From Octopus sinensis (Eukaryota), in contig NC_043004.1 of NCBI RefSeq assembly GCF_006345805.1, positions 96,286,001 to 96,350,000 on the forward strand: a stretch of DNA of 64,000 nucleotides, written 5' to 3'. Below the pieces are notes generated by a model. The model saw only the letters and a program-made list of their open reading frames with translations. It had not been told where the DNA came from and did not search any database. The first letter of the stretch is position 1, and each line of letters opens with the position of its first letter. This document shows, one piece after another, positions 37,208 to 51,765 of the stretch. Both the position numbers and the translations under genes were made by a program.

Positions 37208-37560
37208 CAGGTGCATGACTTAGTGGTTAGATCATTGGGCTCGCAATCATGAGGTAGTGAGTTTGATTCCCGAACCAGGCTCTTTATTGTATTCTTGAGC
37301 AAGACATTTCAAGACATGTTATTTCATGTTGCTCCAGTTCACTCAGCTGTAGAAATGAGTTGCAACATCACAGGTGCCAAGCTGTATCACGTATCAGCCT
37401 TTGCTTTTCCCTTGGATAACATCGGTTGCATGGAGCATGGAAATTGGTATGCATTTGTGGCTGCTGGTCTTCCATAAACAACCTTGCCCAGACTCGTGCC
37501 TTGGAGGAGAACCTTGTAGGTGCAATACCATGGTCATTCATGACAGAAGGGGGTCTTTAC
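37208..37560 (+). mobile_element. SINE family B, degenerate
   Basis: As 27519. Confidence 0.85.
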
Positions 37561-38404
37561 ACTTTATTATAGAGAGATTCTGTATGTCCAAAGTTATATA
37601 TTGACTTTTGTATTTAAAACTAGTTGCAGGGTTCTTTCTATATTCTGCACTTTATTTGTACGACCATCTCACAAAATAACACCTGCATTTAACTGAGGAA
37701 TAATAACAAAAAAAAACCGGAGACATGTTTAAAAACACACGTCTAATAAAAATTCTTCATGTGAGATGAGACACTAGTTCTCTTCCTCATCAGCATCATT
37801 GTTGTCATCATCATTATCGTCATCATTGTCCTTGTCATTGTCATCATGGTCGTCGTCGTCATCAGCATCATCTTCATCATCATCGTTGTCTTTTCCTTTT
37901 CCTTCTCTTCATCATACATCACCATCACCATCACCACCACCACTACTACTACTATTATCATCATCATTTCAATGTTTATGCCTTCATTCTTTCATGGGTC
38001 AGGCAACATTCTTTGAGGCAAATTATCAACTGCTGGATGCTCTTTCTGTTATCAACCATCACATGTTTCTAAGCAGAGCTTTTTCGAGTGTAAAGAGATC
38101 TATGGTCAGACAGATTTTTCCCAGAAGACAATGACAAAATGAACTGACTTTGATTACAATCAGCATACAATGCCAAGACAAGGAGATACTGGCACATACA
38201 CACACATATTCCCCCATACACACACACACATGTACATGAAAGGCTTCTGTCCTTTTCCATCTAATAAATTCACTCAGAAGGCTCTCGACCCATAGCAGAA
38301 GTAAGTAGAAAATACTTATCCAAATTATCCTGCAAAGAGACAGAATCTGAAACTGTGTGGTTGGATATTAAAATTCTCTATTGCACAGTTATGTCTATGC
38401 CTGA

Positions 38405-39150
38405 TATGATACTAACAGTACCAAATATTTTCCTGCAGGTTAGATTTATATGTGCTTTCTATTTAAGTTACTTGCCAACAATATTTCCAAGGAATTTTAA
38501 GTAATCATCCCATTCTGTTTTGTTACCTTCAAATTCAAGCCGTGAGGGTGAGTCCAAGGTAAAGCATTTCTGATGATGATGGAAGAGCATATATTTAGTT
38601 TTTGAAACATTTAGTGAGAGCTTATTGGTTTGTTAGTCAACTTGTTGCATTTATATTGTTCTATTCAGGTCTAAATAAATGAAAGAGGAAATCATTGATA
38701 TGTCTGAGAAATACAGAATGAAATAGAATAATTTTGCACATGTAATGTCATTCTTGTAGATAACAAATGAAAGGGGATATAGAATGAAGCCTTATCAAAC
38801 ACGAATGAAAAGAAGTAGATGAAACAATATTTTTTTCCACTGTACTTAACAAACTGATATTGATTAGTGAGGTAATTTTGGAATATTTGATGTATTTCAT
38901 ATGTAATTCAATAATGATGTAGGTTGTTCACTAATTGAATCCAAGCTACCTGTTGTTGCTGAAACATTTAATCATTCTTCAAAGAAAATTAAATTGTTGC
39001 TATATGGTTCTCACTGGATCTGTTATCACAATTGATATTAGACTGTGTTTTTTTTTTGCAGCCAGTCATCTTTTCAATACTCTTCCAGATTGCTTGTGTT
39101 TTTCCAGCCTCTTGCACAAAACTCTTTAATCAAGATCTACTGAAAAGGCT
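38405..39150 (-). mobile_element. highly decayed CR1/L2-type LINE RT remnant
   Basis: Minus fragments AGKTQAIWKSIEKMTG, FQNYLTNQYQFVKYSG, GFILYPLSFVIYKND, NKLSLNVSKTKYMLF, LKFLGNIV..LK*KAHINLTCRKI. Confidence 0.75.
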
Positions 39151-39575
39151 AAGAACAAGAGAAACATTAGTGAACAAATACCTTCATTAAGAATATACAT
39201 GGATGCCTGCCTCTCAAGAAAGTGCAATCTTGGTTGTCTCAGTTTCTCTGAAGTGCTAAATTAATCTATTAACACTATCAGGTCCTTGCATGCTTATACT
39301 GATACCAATATTTCTACACCTAATGGCATTGAATCTGAGATGACTTCAAGCAATTCATCTCTACATTTTTTGCTGTGAATGTCAGCAGAAATTTACTAGT
39401 GTACAAATTTTGCCTTTTTTCCAGAGTATGTGTGTATCATGTGAGTAACCATCACTCTAATGCCTTTGGTAAGAAAAAAGAAATTCAGCTTCACCTTGAA
39501 AACTTTATGTACACATTTTTTGCTTTTGTGTCCTCACTATTTCTGAGAAGGATACTTGACCTTGCAGTTTTATTA

Positions 39576-39963
39576 TCTCTCTCTATATAAACGGCAGTTT
39601 GTCTGTGCGTGTTTCTGTGTGTCTGTTTTCTCGTACCCTCACCCTGACCACGGCTTTCAACCGATTCTGATGAACTTGACACACAACATAGCCCAATGTC
39701 ATAATTCAAAACTAACGCAGCGAAAATTTTGAAAAGTTCCCCCAGTTCTGAAAAAAATCGATAAATTCGACATGGGGTCGAGAATAAAAAAAAACAAACC
39801 ACAGACTGTCTAGGGGACGCAACTCAACCTTTTATTACTCTCAAAAAAAGAATTTACCATCATTTTTTTTCCATTTTTTTGCTATTTTTTGGCTATAACT
39901 CTCTAAAAATGCTTTATAGTTATTTCCCTTACAAACCTGAGCAACGCCGGGCGATACTGCTAG
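39576..39963 (+). mobile_element. non-autonomous Helitron
   Basis: A|TCTCTCTCTATATAAA 5' end; 3' hairpin cctgagcaacgccggg then CTAG|T; no TSD. Confidence 0.85.
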
Positions 39964-39979
39964 TTTATTATAGATTATA

Positions 39980-40195
39980 AGGGCAGCAAGCTTGTAGAAT
40001 CATTACCACATCAGGTAAAATGCTTAGCAGTATTTCATCTGACTTTACATTCTGAGTTCAAATTCTGCCAAGGCTGACTTTGCCTTTTATCCTTTCGGGG
40101 TCAATAAAATAAGTACCAGTTGTGCACTGGGATTGATGTAATTGATTTATCCCTTCCCTTAAATTGCTCGCCTTGAACCAAAATTTAAAACCATT
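39980..40195 (+). mobile_element. SINE family D
   Basis: gccttttatcctttcggggtcaataaaataagtaccag core. Confidence 0.8.
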
Positions 40196-40234
40196 ATTAT
40201 TATAGATTATATAACATGTATATCTTTACATGTG

Positions 40235-40562
40235 AAGGTGTATAGTTCAGTGGTTAGAACATCAGATCCCACTCATGAGGTAGTGAGTTCCATTCCTGGA
40301 CCAGAGCATGTGTTGAATTCTTGAGCAAGACATTTTATTTCACAATGCTCCAGTTCACTCAGCTGCAGAAAAAATGAGTTGTGCCATGACTGCTGCATCA
40401 GCCTTTGCCTTTCTTTTGGACAACATTGGTGGCATGGAGAAGAGAGGCTTCTATGCATGGACACCTACTGGTCTTTCATAAGCAACCTTGCCTGGACTTG
40501 TATTTCGAGGGTAACTTTCTAGATGCAATCCTTTGGTCATTCATGATTGAAAGGGGTCTTTG
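40235..40562 (+). mobile_element. SINE family B, degenerate
   Basis: As 27519. Confidence 0.82.
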
Positions 40563-40780
40563 CTCTTTTATACCTTAATACAATGGATACACTTGGATAC
40601 AATGTTAAGGTGAGTTTATTCAATAGATATCCTGCTGTAAAATTTAATGTATTGACTTTATGGAAGAAGATATTGAATATGATAATAGAAGTATATATGT
40701 GTTTTGGTGTATGTATACACATTTGTCCTTATTTCATATATTTGTGAGATAAATAAAGACCAGTGCAATATTTCTTGCAG

Positions 40781-40848
40781 AAGATTACTTTGGAACTCAA
40801 GCAACTGAAGAAAGTCAATGGAGCAGTAACCAAGGTTTCTTGGATCAG
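40781..40848 (+). other. candidate internal exon (68 bp)
   Basis: atttcttgcAG acceptor and consensus CAG|GTGAGT donor; two open frames (KITLELKQLKKVNGAVTKVSWI or DYFGTQATEESQWSSNQGFLDQ). Confidence 0.45.
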
Positions 40849-41099
40849 GTGAGTATAGTTTTGTTTGTCAAGAGATTGCAAATGAAATCATTTTTGCAAG
40901 TGAAGGCTAATTCAGCCCTTACTGCCTCTTCAGGTAAATATACTATCTAAGGGGAAAAAGCTTGAAGCATCTACTGACAATAAAGAGGTGTTTCCAACAG
41001 TGTGACAGTTTTAGTCACTATCAATAGAAAGAGTTTTCGACAGTAGCTCAAGCAATTTCTTCTTGGAGCAAAGGGTCTCTGATATATCTTTCACAAGTA

Positions 41100-41594
41100 C
41101 CGTAAATCCTCGAGTATAATCCGCATTTTTTCCCCAAAATTTGAAGGTCAAAATTCCTAGTGCATATTATATACAAGGTTAAAAATTAAAATTATTTTCT
41201 AAGCAATGTCCGAGACTCTATTTGCTGTCCAGCAATGTTTATTCAGACGCATTTTGTGATGTCAGGTGCAAAAATACCTTAAGCTAAGCCTGAAAGCAAT
41301 GAAGTCATAAAAGAATCATCCATAACTTGCAGTAAGCAACATTTATTAAACGTTATTACTGTTATTTCTTTATTTTCTGCAAACAAAATGCACAAGAAAG
41401 CGACACATTTGTATTATGTTATATATACAATAATAATAAAGGACATTACCGTATACAGTTTTACAAACCAAGGACGTTATATAGACCTCCTTGACTCTAG
41501 TTAGAGAAGGGGTACATATTATACACAAGGTTTAGATTTTTCAGAGATACAGCCCCCTAAAAATCCCCTGCATATTATACTCGAGGATTTATGG
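41100..41594. mobile_element. Tc2/pogo-like MITE
   Basis: TA|CCGTAAATCCTCGAGTATAAT ... ATTATACTCGAGGATTTATGG TIRs; internal subterminal repeats tattatatacaaggtt. Confidence 0.85.
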
Positions 41595-41789
41595 TGCTTA
41601 TATTTGAGCTCTTCTTTCTGAGGTATCTCGTAAGTGTTGATCAATTTTGTGTAAAATTCAAGGTAGATGGGAGAAATGTTAAGAAACAGGATAACATACT
41701 TACAATAAATTTTAACTCATTGCTCATGAGCTGCTTGATGACTACTTTATGCAGTCAAGCATCTCTTTATATTGTGTGTGTGTGTGTGT

Positions 41790-41833
<44 letters not shown>

Positions 41834-42143
41834 TGTGTGTGTAATATTGTTTAACTATAAAAATATTTGCATGTCTCACCATAGGTAATAAATATTGATT
41901 TCTCAGACTGACAAATTGCCATAAATTTGGTTGGAGGACAAGGTCAATTAAATTAATGCAGTATTTAATTGATACTTAATTTTATTAATTCTATAAGCCT
42001 GGAAGTTCACCCTATTTAGATTTGAAAAAATATTACTAAGCTTTTTATTCAATGTACCATAGATCCTACCATTATTCTCTCTTATCAGAAATAAATAATG
42101 ATAATTTATGTTTAACATACAGCTACCAGTTTATGTTTAACAT

Positions 42144-42315
42144 AGGCGCAAGAGTGGCTGTGTGGTAAGTAGCTTGCTAACCAGCCACATGGTTCCGGGT
42201 TCAGTCCCACAGCGTTGCATCTTGGGCAAGTGTCTTCTACTATAGCCCCGGGCCGACCAATGCCTTGTGAGTGGATTTGGTAGATGGAAACTGAAAGAAG
42301 CCTGTCGTATATATG

Positions 42316-42356
<41 letters not shown>

Positions 42357-42545
42357 TTGTGTGTCTGTGTTTGTCCTCCTAGCATTGCTTGACAACCGAT
42401 GTTAGTGTGTTTACGTCCCCATCACTTAGCGGTTCGGCAAAAGAGACCGATAGAATAAGTACTAGGCTTACAAAGAATAAGTCCCAGGGTCGATTTGCAT
42501 GGCTGCAGTCAAAATGACTGAAACAAGTAAAAGAGTAAAAGAGTA
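42144..42545 (+). mobile_element. SINE family A
   Basis: As above. Confidence 0.92.
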
Positions 42546-43761
42546 CCAGCTTTAAAAAGTTCCTTTAGAAAATATAACAAAATTATTTAATGCTTATGAA
42601 TCTTCTAAAAATAAAAAAAATAACAAACAAAAAAAAGTGATTATTCTAAATACTAAACATATTTTTTCTCTTCCTTCACAATCTGAAGTTTTGTGAAGTT
42701 CAGTATCTTTGGTAAGAAGTTTTGTCAGCTCAAAGGAGCAATTCAATGCATTTCTTAGTTCATTAAAACAAATTGTCCATTTTCCATTGAAATTCCAAAG
42801 TTACAATTCTAGTTCCACCCATTTCTAAATGCCATTGTATTGTTACAGCAAATATCGAGGTATTGTTTTCCTTGTTTCAAAAGTATCTGACAGATTTTTA
42901 ACGCAAAACAACAAAACTAAAATTTGCAAAAAAAAAAAAAACAAGAGCTCATAGAGTCAGTTATAATAATCAAACTTTGCTCACATGATACTCCATGTAT
43001 GTGATTGTGTACATGTGTTCTATAACTAAGAATTCATTGTTTTCTCAATTCATGTATTTGATCAAGTGAGTGATGTGAAATGTTACAATTGTAATCAACA
43101 TCGTGTGGTAAAGGATCTTGGTAGAAATGACTGAATATCAGTATTTAGTCCTATTCATAGATGAATACCAATATTTAGTTATATTAATACTAGAGTGACT
43201 CAGTATTTAGCCCTATTCAAAGATGAGTATCGTAGACTGTCAGTATTTGGTTATATTTATTTATGATTCTTTATCTCGATCCTGACAATGTGAATTTGAA
43301 GACTTAGCTCACCCTTCCTGTGTCAATTAAATAAATTCTGGCAATGTCAATTCAATTGAACAGAAGCCTGTCCTAAAAAAGAAAATTTATCCTTTTGTCT
43401 AAAGCATAACATCATAATTCTCATCAATATGTACTATTGGCTGTTTCTACTGATTTTGTACCCTATGGCTTATCACTTAATAACATAGAGATAAAATAAT
43501 GAAGTGTTGTAATATTTTGATTTTATCTATTTCTTTATCGTTTATCTTTCACATTGTTTCAGTCATTGGGTTGTGGTCATGCTGGAGTATTGCCTCGAAG
43601 GACTTAGTCAAACAAATCTACCCTAGTACTTATCTGTAAGTCTGCCATTTATTCTATCATATACTTTTGCCAAAGTGCTAAGTTACGGGTACGTAAACTA
43701 ATCAAAGTCAATTATGAAACAGTGGTGTGGGGAAAATGGACAAGCACAATGCAAACACATA

Positions 43762-43809
<48 letters not shown>

Positions 43810-43966
43810 CGAGAACATTCTTATAAGCAAACATTGATGTGTTGAGTAGTTGGTAATTTTTAGAAATGAAGAAAAAATCTTGAACACAGGGGAATAGCTG
43901 AGATAACAGCTTAGAGATTTCGGAAAATACCCTTATAGATGGGAAAAAGTGGCCAGCAAGCCACTA

Positions 43967-44016
<50 letters not shown>

Positions 44017-44190
44017 GTGTGTGTGTGTGTGTGTGTGTGTGTTTGTGTGTGTGTGTATGTGTGCATATAGATATATATTATATATAATAATAATAATATA
44101 AGGGAATATTATTCCAAACTTACAGGGAAAAATTAAATTTAGAAATACTAAATCAAATTTCACAAAATATAATATATATATATATATATA

Positions 44191-44281
44191 ATTAGAAAAA
44201 ACCACCTTTTATCAATTCAACAATGAAAACATTAAATTCTAATTTAATTTTTTCACTGTTGAATTGATAAAAGGTGGGTTT

Positions 44282-44290
<9 letters not shown>
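44191..44290. repeat. 100-bp near-perfect palindrome inside (TA)n
   Basis: attagaaaaaaccaccttttatcaattcaaca..aaatt / aattt..tgttgaattgataaaaggtgggttttttctaat. Confidence 0.9.
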
Positions 44291-44351
<61 letters not shown>

Positions 44352-44417
44352 ATATATATTATATATATATATATATTAATATATATACACATATACATAT
44401 AAATATATATATATATA

Positions 44418-44642
44418 AATAACAACAGATGGATAGTGGTTCACTTGCTACAACTATTTCAGACATGATTTTTATTGATGAATAGAGTTATTACATTACA
44501 GGAAAAAAAAACGTTTTCAACTGATGAAAACGGTTTTTTTTACACATGATGAAATAACTCTATTCATACAAAAAAATAAATGATAATAAAAAACACGCCT
44601 GAAACAGTTGTAGTGAATGAACCAATATCTAGCTGTTATTAT
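44418..44642. mobile_element. fold-back Penelope-type repeat with degenerate HHR (CTGATGA 44521; GAAAC-agtt-GTA 44601)
   Basis: Arms inverted about cgttttcaactgatgaaaacg; follows a (TA)n tract. Confidence 0.6.
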
Positions 44643-45330
44643 TTGTTTATTATTCACCTTACTCAGAACCTGCAATTAGCAAGGATCTGGAGTTCACTTG
44701 GTGTAGTTTTGTACCTAGGCGCAGCCTTGAAACTCATGGTATATTCAGTCAGATGCTGGTGATCATACATGCAACTAGAATATAAATCCGTCTTTACTTC
44801 AGTATGTACATATATGTTCCTCTAATTTTGCTTTGTACACAATACCAATTTCCTTGACCCAACCTTTCACTTGAATCCTGAACAGTTATACACACACACA
44901 CACACACACACACACTCATACACACGCATGCACACACACACAGACACTCATACACACACACACACATATAATCCAAATAGTAATAAGACAAATAAATTCT
45001 TCAACACATCTTTAATGATTCATTACATTTGTTTCTGTACCAACTTTGCTTGCAATGTCCATATATGTAAAAATTTGAAATGGAAATTTATGCAATGTTT
45101 GCAGTTTTAAACATTAGAATGACACTTCATCAGACTTGCATCAAAGGCTTGTTATCACATTGTGTGTCTTCCAGGCATCGTTTCTTGGATTATATCAGAA
45201 TCAAACTGAAAGTAAATAAAAGTTTGGTTATGAGATGAATAAGGTAAAGACCAGATGGAGGAGGGATAAAGAAGAATCTTCATACCTCGTGTGTACATGC
45301 ACCAATTCAACTGACCTTTGGCTAATTACT

Positions 45331-45558
45331 GCCTATTTCTTTACTACCCACAAGGGGCTAAAAACAGAGAGGACAAACAAGGACAGACAACGGGATTAAA
45401 TCGATTATATCGACCCCAGTGCGTAACTGGTACTTAATTTATCGACCCCGAAAGGATGAAAGGCAAAGTCGACCTTAGCGGAATTTGAACTCAGAACATA
45501 ACGGCAGACGAAATACGGTTACGCATTTCACCCAGCATGCTAACGGTTCTGCCAGCTC
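45331..45558 (-). mobile_element. SINE family D, young full-length copy
   Basis: 17-bp TSD acctttggcta(a/g)ttact (45314-45330 / 45559-45575); Nin/Deu-like GCCTTTCATCCTTTCGGGGTCGATAAATTAAGTACCAG. Confidence 0.92.
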
Positions 45559-47731
45559 ACCTTTGGCTAGTTACTACCTTTAGTTGTAGAGTAGTTCATT
45601 TTACATTTCATAATTCCCATCCTTTCCACTATCTCCATTCTTGCCCCTGTAGTTTTAAGACCACTGTTTTTTTGCTAATGTGAGACATCATTACTTTCTT
45701 TAGATTCTAATATTTTACTACTTAAGGAAATTTCTTTTGTCTGTCACTGTAGTTGTCAGATTTACTTCTACAGGGTAAGAAATTTGGAAGCTAATTAATG
45801 ACCAACATCAAACAGTTGATGCAGGAGAAAATTTCAGATATTGTAAAACAATTAAACCTTGAACATCTACAGGGGAAACAAAACACAACAAGAACAAAAA
45901 TACTTCAGATATCCAAGCAGCTACTCTATTTGCATACCTCTGTGTACAATATGACTGTCAGACTGGACATTATGTGACAATAAGAATGATGATTATTTGT
46001 GAGCAAGCTAAAATGTTGACAATTTTCAGAAAGAGTAAAATGAAATTTCTTATGCAAAACATTTTCTGGCTAGTAAATGGTTGAATGGTTTAACAAGCAC
46101 CTTATTTTGTATAGTATTATAATTATTGATGAAGCTACCAATATTGATATTAAGGCTGATGCTAATTATCTTTAGAAGCAGAAGAAAACCATTGCTAGAA
46201 CAAGTGTAGCATGTTGAATAAAGTTGAACTTTATAAAAGTGCATGCTAGTTAAAATTTTCATTTCTGGTAAAGACAAATCAGCTTCAGATATCAAGAAAC
46301 CAAACATTATCAGTTATACAATCTATTTTGAAAAGTGTCATTTACTGTTTAACATATCAGCATAGTGACACGTATATTGGATCAACAAACTGAGAACTAC
46401 ATATCAAAATAATTGAGTAGTTTCACAAACCAGCCCTGCCATGTGTTTGACGTCATTCTGTTTTATTCACATGGTTACTAAAAAAATAATTAGCCAATTA
46501 CATCAATACCAATACTTCACTGATGCATTCTTTATAATTTATGTAACAGTAGAAGTTCACCATGGCAATTTTAAAACACGGATTATAAAATAATGCTAAT
46601 CTTGCAATCTCATTCTTTTACCAGTTATAAATATTGGATTATAATATAAGAATATAGAATATACCAGCCACTCGACTGACCAACTAGCTAAAGTATAAAA
46701 TAGTCTTTAAACTCATTCATAGGAATAATATACTTTGGAAATGAGTAACTAACTACTACATAATCTTATTTAAGTTTAGTCAAAGTTTGTAAGGTTATGT
46801 TTTAAGCAGTCATTGTTTACAACTGATAAAAGGAAGTAGTGAAAATAATGATACATATGAAAAATTAAACAGGAAATGATCAGGAACATACACACACAAA
46901 CAAAAAGAAATAATTAATAAAAATGAAAAAAAATTTTAGCAGCAACATTAAAAATAAATAAAACTGCAATTATTTTTTAAATAGTTGTTCTTTTGAAACA
47001 GGAAATATTCTTTCAGATAATTTTAATTTGCTTCATTTGCTTCTTGTTTTATATCTTTACTGAATTTGCAATATGTTTCAAATAATTTTTTTAATTTTTG
47101 TTCGTACATTATTTTGATATTTCATTTTTTTCAAATGGTTTTATTTTTACAACAGTTTAAGCATTAAGAATTCCCAAGTCTACTTCTAGACATTGTCTTG
47201 TATGGAAACATTGAATAAAGACTTGATTAACTTTTGTACATATATATATATGTGTGTGTGTGTGAGTATAACGGGAAAGTGAAAGTAAATCTGTGCTAGC
47301 TTGTGTAATTGTGTAACCGGAAGGTAACAGTTTATGTCTACCTGAGTGAGAGGTAGAGAAATGGGAAGTTTCCTACTATTACTTTTATCATCATATTTAG
47401 ATTCTTTTGGGTTTTATCTTAAATTCTCTATTTTTGTTTTCACTTCTACCGGATAAGAAATTTGGAAGCTAAATTCTTTTTTTCTCTTTCACTCATACAT
47501 GCACATACGAGCAAGCATAGAAGCGCACACGAACAAAGATACATACAAACACACATGCAAACACACATACTAAAACACTAACATGCAGACTTTGTTTTTT
47601 AAATCATATCCAATATTAGCGAAATTCTCCCACATCCCCTTATCAAACATGAAAATATAAATTCAAATGAAAGTAAATAAACAGAAACATCATTACAGAT
47701 ACTGGAATGTTTAATTGACATTTTAGTAATG

Positions 47732-47762
<31 letters not shown>

Positions 47763-47888
47763 TTGCATGTATATATATATATATATATGTATGTATGTGT
47801 GTGTGTGTGTGTGTATGTGTATATATATATATGTGTTTAAATATATATAATATATGAATATACATACATGTATCAGTGTGTGCATGTG

Positions 47889-47921
<33 letters not shown>

Positions 47922-48044
47922 GTGTATGAATATACACATATATATATCAGTGTGTGCATGTGTGTGTGTGCGTGTATATATATATAGAGAGAGAGAAAGA
48001 GAGAGAGCAAGTGAGAAAGAGAGACTAGGAGAGAGACATATAAG

Positions 48045-48760
<716 letters not shown>

Positions 48761-49404
48761 ATGGTAATGTTGAACAAATGGTAATCGATAGACGCATTGG
48801 TTTACATATTAAATAAAAGTAGTACCTTCTGATATAACAAAAAAAAAATTAAAAAATAAAATAAAAAAATCTTATTTTGCATTTTGTTGCAGGATAATCA
48901 AATCTGCTTTATTGATTGATCATGCATCTGTTAATAAGAGAAAAATGTGTATTTGCATTGGTTGTGTATATGTGAGCATGTGAGGGCTTGTGAATGTGTG
49001 TGTGTGTGTGTGTGCGTGTGTGCATGTGTGTGTGTGTGTGTGCACGTGCGTATGTGTGTGCATGTGAGCATGCGCATGTGTGTGTGTGTGCACGAGGGTG
49101 TCTTCATCTTCTGTCTTTTACTTGTTTCAGTCACTGAATTGTGGCCATGCTGGGGCACTGCCATGAAGGGTTTAGTCAAACGAATCAACCCTAGTACTTA
49201 TCTTGCTCTTTGTTTCAAGCCTGTTACTTATTTTTTGGGGGGTCTTATAGTGAACTGCTAATTTACAAGGACATAAACAAACCAACATTGGTTGTCAAGT
49301 AGTGATGGAAGATAAACACAAAAACAAACACACACACATTCCTCCATCCATCCATCCATGGATAATTATTATTATTATTATTAATATTATTATCATCATC
49401 ATCA

Positions 49405-49460
<56 letters not shown>

Positions 49461-49519
49461 TTCATTATTATTATTGTTATTATTATGTAGTAGTAGCAGC
49501 TCATTTATATTTTATATAT

Positions 49520-50222
49520 ATATGCTACATGGCAGTGAAACCTGGACCTTGACTTCAGAGGACTTGTGAAGGCTTGAAAGAAATGAGGCTAGCATGCTTT
49601 GCTGGATGGGTAACGTCAGTGGGCATGCCCAATAGAGTGTAAATGATTTAAGAGGAAGACTCGGTGTAAGAGGCATCAGATGTTGTGTGCAAGAGAGAAA
49701 ACAGCACTGGTTTGGTCCTGTGATGCATATGGATGAGGACAGCTGCATTAAGAAGTGCTGAGCTGTAATTATGGAGGGTACCTATGAAAGGAGTAGACCC
49801 AGGAAGACATGGGAAGAAAGGGAGAGAAAGGATCTTTGGATGTTGAGCCTCAGAGGAAATGACAAGTGACTGTGAGATGAGAAGTGGCAATTTGCTGTAC
49901 TTGATAAGATGTGTCATGCTAAATAAAATCACTGTTTTCCACACACACAAGCTTGTCCCTCAGGTGCCAGTGTCCATTTAAAAAGCGCCCATGCTGGAGC
50001 TGCATTAATGCAATCATGCCAGTGCTACACAAACACACCATTGCTGGTGGCACATAAAAAGTACCCAGCACAGTCTCTTAAGTGGTTGGCATTAGGAAGG
50101 ACATCCAATCATAGAAACCATACCTCAACAGACAGCTGAAGTCTGAACAGCTCCTTGCTAACCAGTTCCATGTCAAACCATCCAACCCATACCAGCATGG
50201 AAAGAGGACACTAATCGATGAT
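49520..50222 (+). mobile_element. RTE LINE 3' remnant with 3'UTR tail
   Basis: MLHGSETWTLTSEDL*RLERNEASMLCWM..GIRCCVQERKQHWFG.VMHMDEDSC..RPRKTWEE, then the shared tail ending gatgat. Confidence 0.85.
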
Positions 50223-51049
50223 CAGTTCATCTAATTGTATATATTTATTGTTACTTTTCATAAAAAGCCTTTATTATTTTTTTGTATCCAATGTACATTT
50301 TCACTTTTTTCTTCTTTCTTTGCCCATATCTCTTCCATGTGTAGTTTCTATTTTCTTTTTGAAACATATTTCTATTATATATAACCCATGCTAGCATGGA
50401 AAACGGACGTTAAACGATGATGATGATGATTATATATATATATATGTATTGTGCTACTGTCAGTTTTCATTTGCCACATCTATTTCACCCAAGGCTATAA
50501 TAGAAGGCACTTGCCCGAGGTGCCATGCTGTGGGACTGAACCCAGAGCCATGTGGTTGGGAAGCTAACTTCTTACCTCACAACTACAAGTGGAAAAAATA
50601 CATAATTTAAATATGCACATAGAACTGCTTAAAACATATGCATATTGAGTATGTATGTATCTATGTATATGAGCAATTGTATATACATGCACACGCACAC
50701 ACACACACATGAATAGACACAATCATAGCCAAATATTTAACAAATTTGTTTCTCAGTCTTCGAAACATGAAATTCTAATTCCACAACATGACATTTTTGG
50801 CAAGAATTTTCTACAATAATCTGGGGTTGACCCAAGCCTTACATGCGAAATCTGATAGATGGAAACTGTGTGGGAGCCCATCAGGTAGAAAGCATCTGTA
50901 ATTCAAAGGGGCAGCCTTGTTTTGCTCCTTCTTTAAAGATTGCACTAAGGGTCTACTTAGCCATCTTCACTATATAATTCAATGACTAGTTGGTTCATTT
51001 GACTGGACAATCAGAATAGTTATAACTGAAGCTGGTATTTATTTTACAT

Positions 51050-51723
51050 ACATACTAACATTTGATTGGATGCTTGATAAAATCCAAGCCATTGATATGA
51101 AAACCCGAAAAATACTAACAAGCATACATAATTTCCACATAAACAGTGACATAGACCGTCTCAATCTAAAATGAAAACAAAGTGGTAAAACCTGAACATC
51201 GATCCAAATTGTCTTTGAATGTCACATCATATCACTCTGGCAACATATTTTAACAACCAAATGCCGAAGTGTATCCCTTGACCAAAGTTGCATACATGAG
51301 GCTGATAACATCATAAGACTTGGAAGGCAGCTCCTTGAGCAACACTCTTTGTCTGATAACCAAGAATACATGCCCAAAGAAGTCGCACAACTCTACTGCA
51401 ACGTATCATCAGATGAAAGGATGAGCCTATATGAGCAGAAGACTATGTATGGATATGTTAGTAGAAAGCGCCATGATGATAGTAACATCGATCATCAAAG
51501 CAGTTTATCATGGACCAGTAGCTGGATTATTACATCCCACTTTGAAGGATATGCATTTACAATTCAGGAAGAGGAAATATCAACCATGTACCTGATGCAT
51601 AAAAGGGATAGAGATTCAGTTAAAGCTGTAAAGTGTGACAACCGATGCAGAAATTGTGGAGGTCACACTGATGATATCACCCACATCATAAGCAGTTGTC
51701 CAAAAATGTCATCAGGGTATTAC
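51050..51723 (+). pseudogene. R4/Dong-clade (restriction-like endonuclease) LINE remnant
   Basis: IQAIDMKTRKILT..NFHINSDIDRL and EGYAFTIQEEEISTMYL...CRNCGGHTDDITHIISSCPKM (CCHC knuckle preceding RLE); stops present. Confidence 0.8.
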
Positions 51724-51729
51724 ACACAG

Positions 51730-51745
<16 letters not shown>

Positions 51746-51765
<20 letters not shown>

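Noticed and set aside
43135-43260. ~62-bp imperfect direct repeat (cagtatttag.cctattca.agatga.ta)
   Set aside because: Ordinary local slippage duplication with no further structure.
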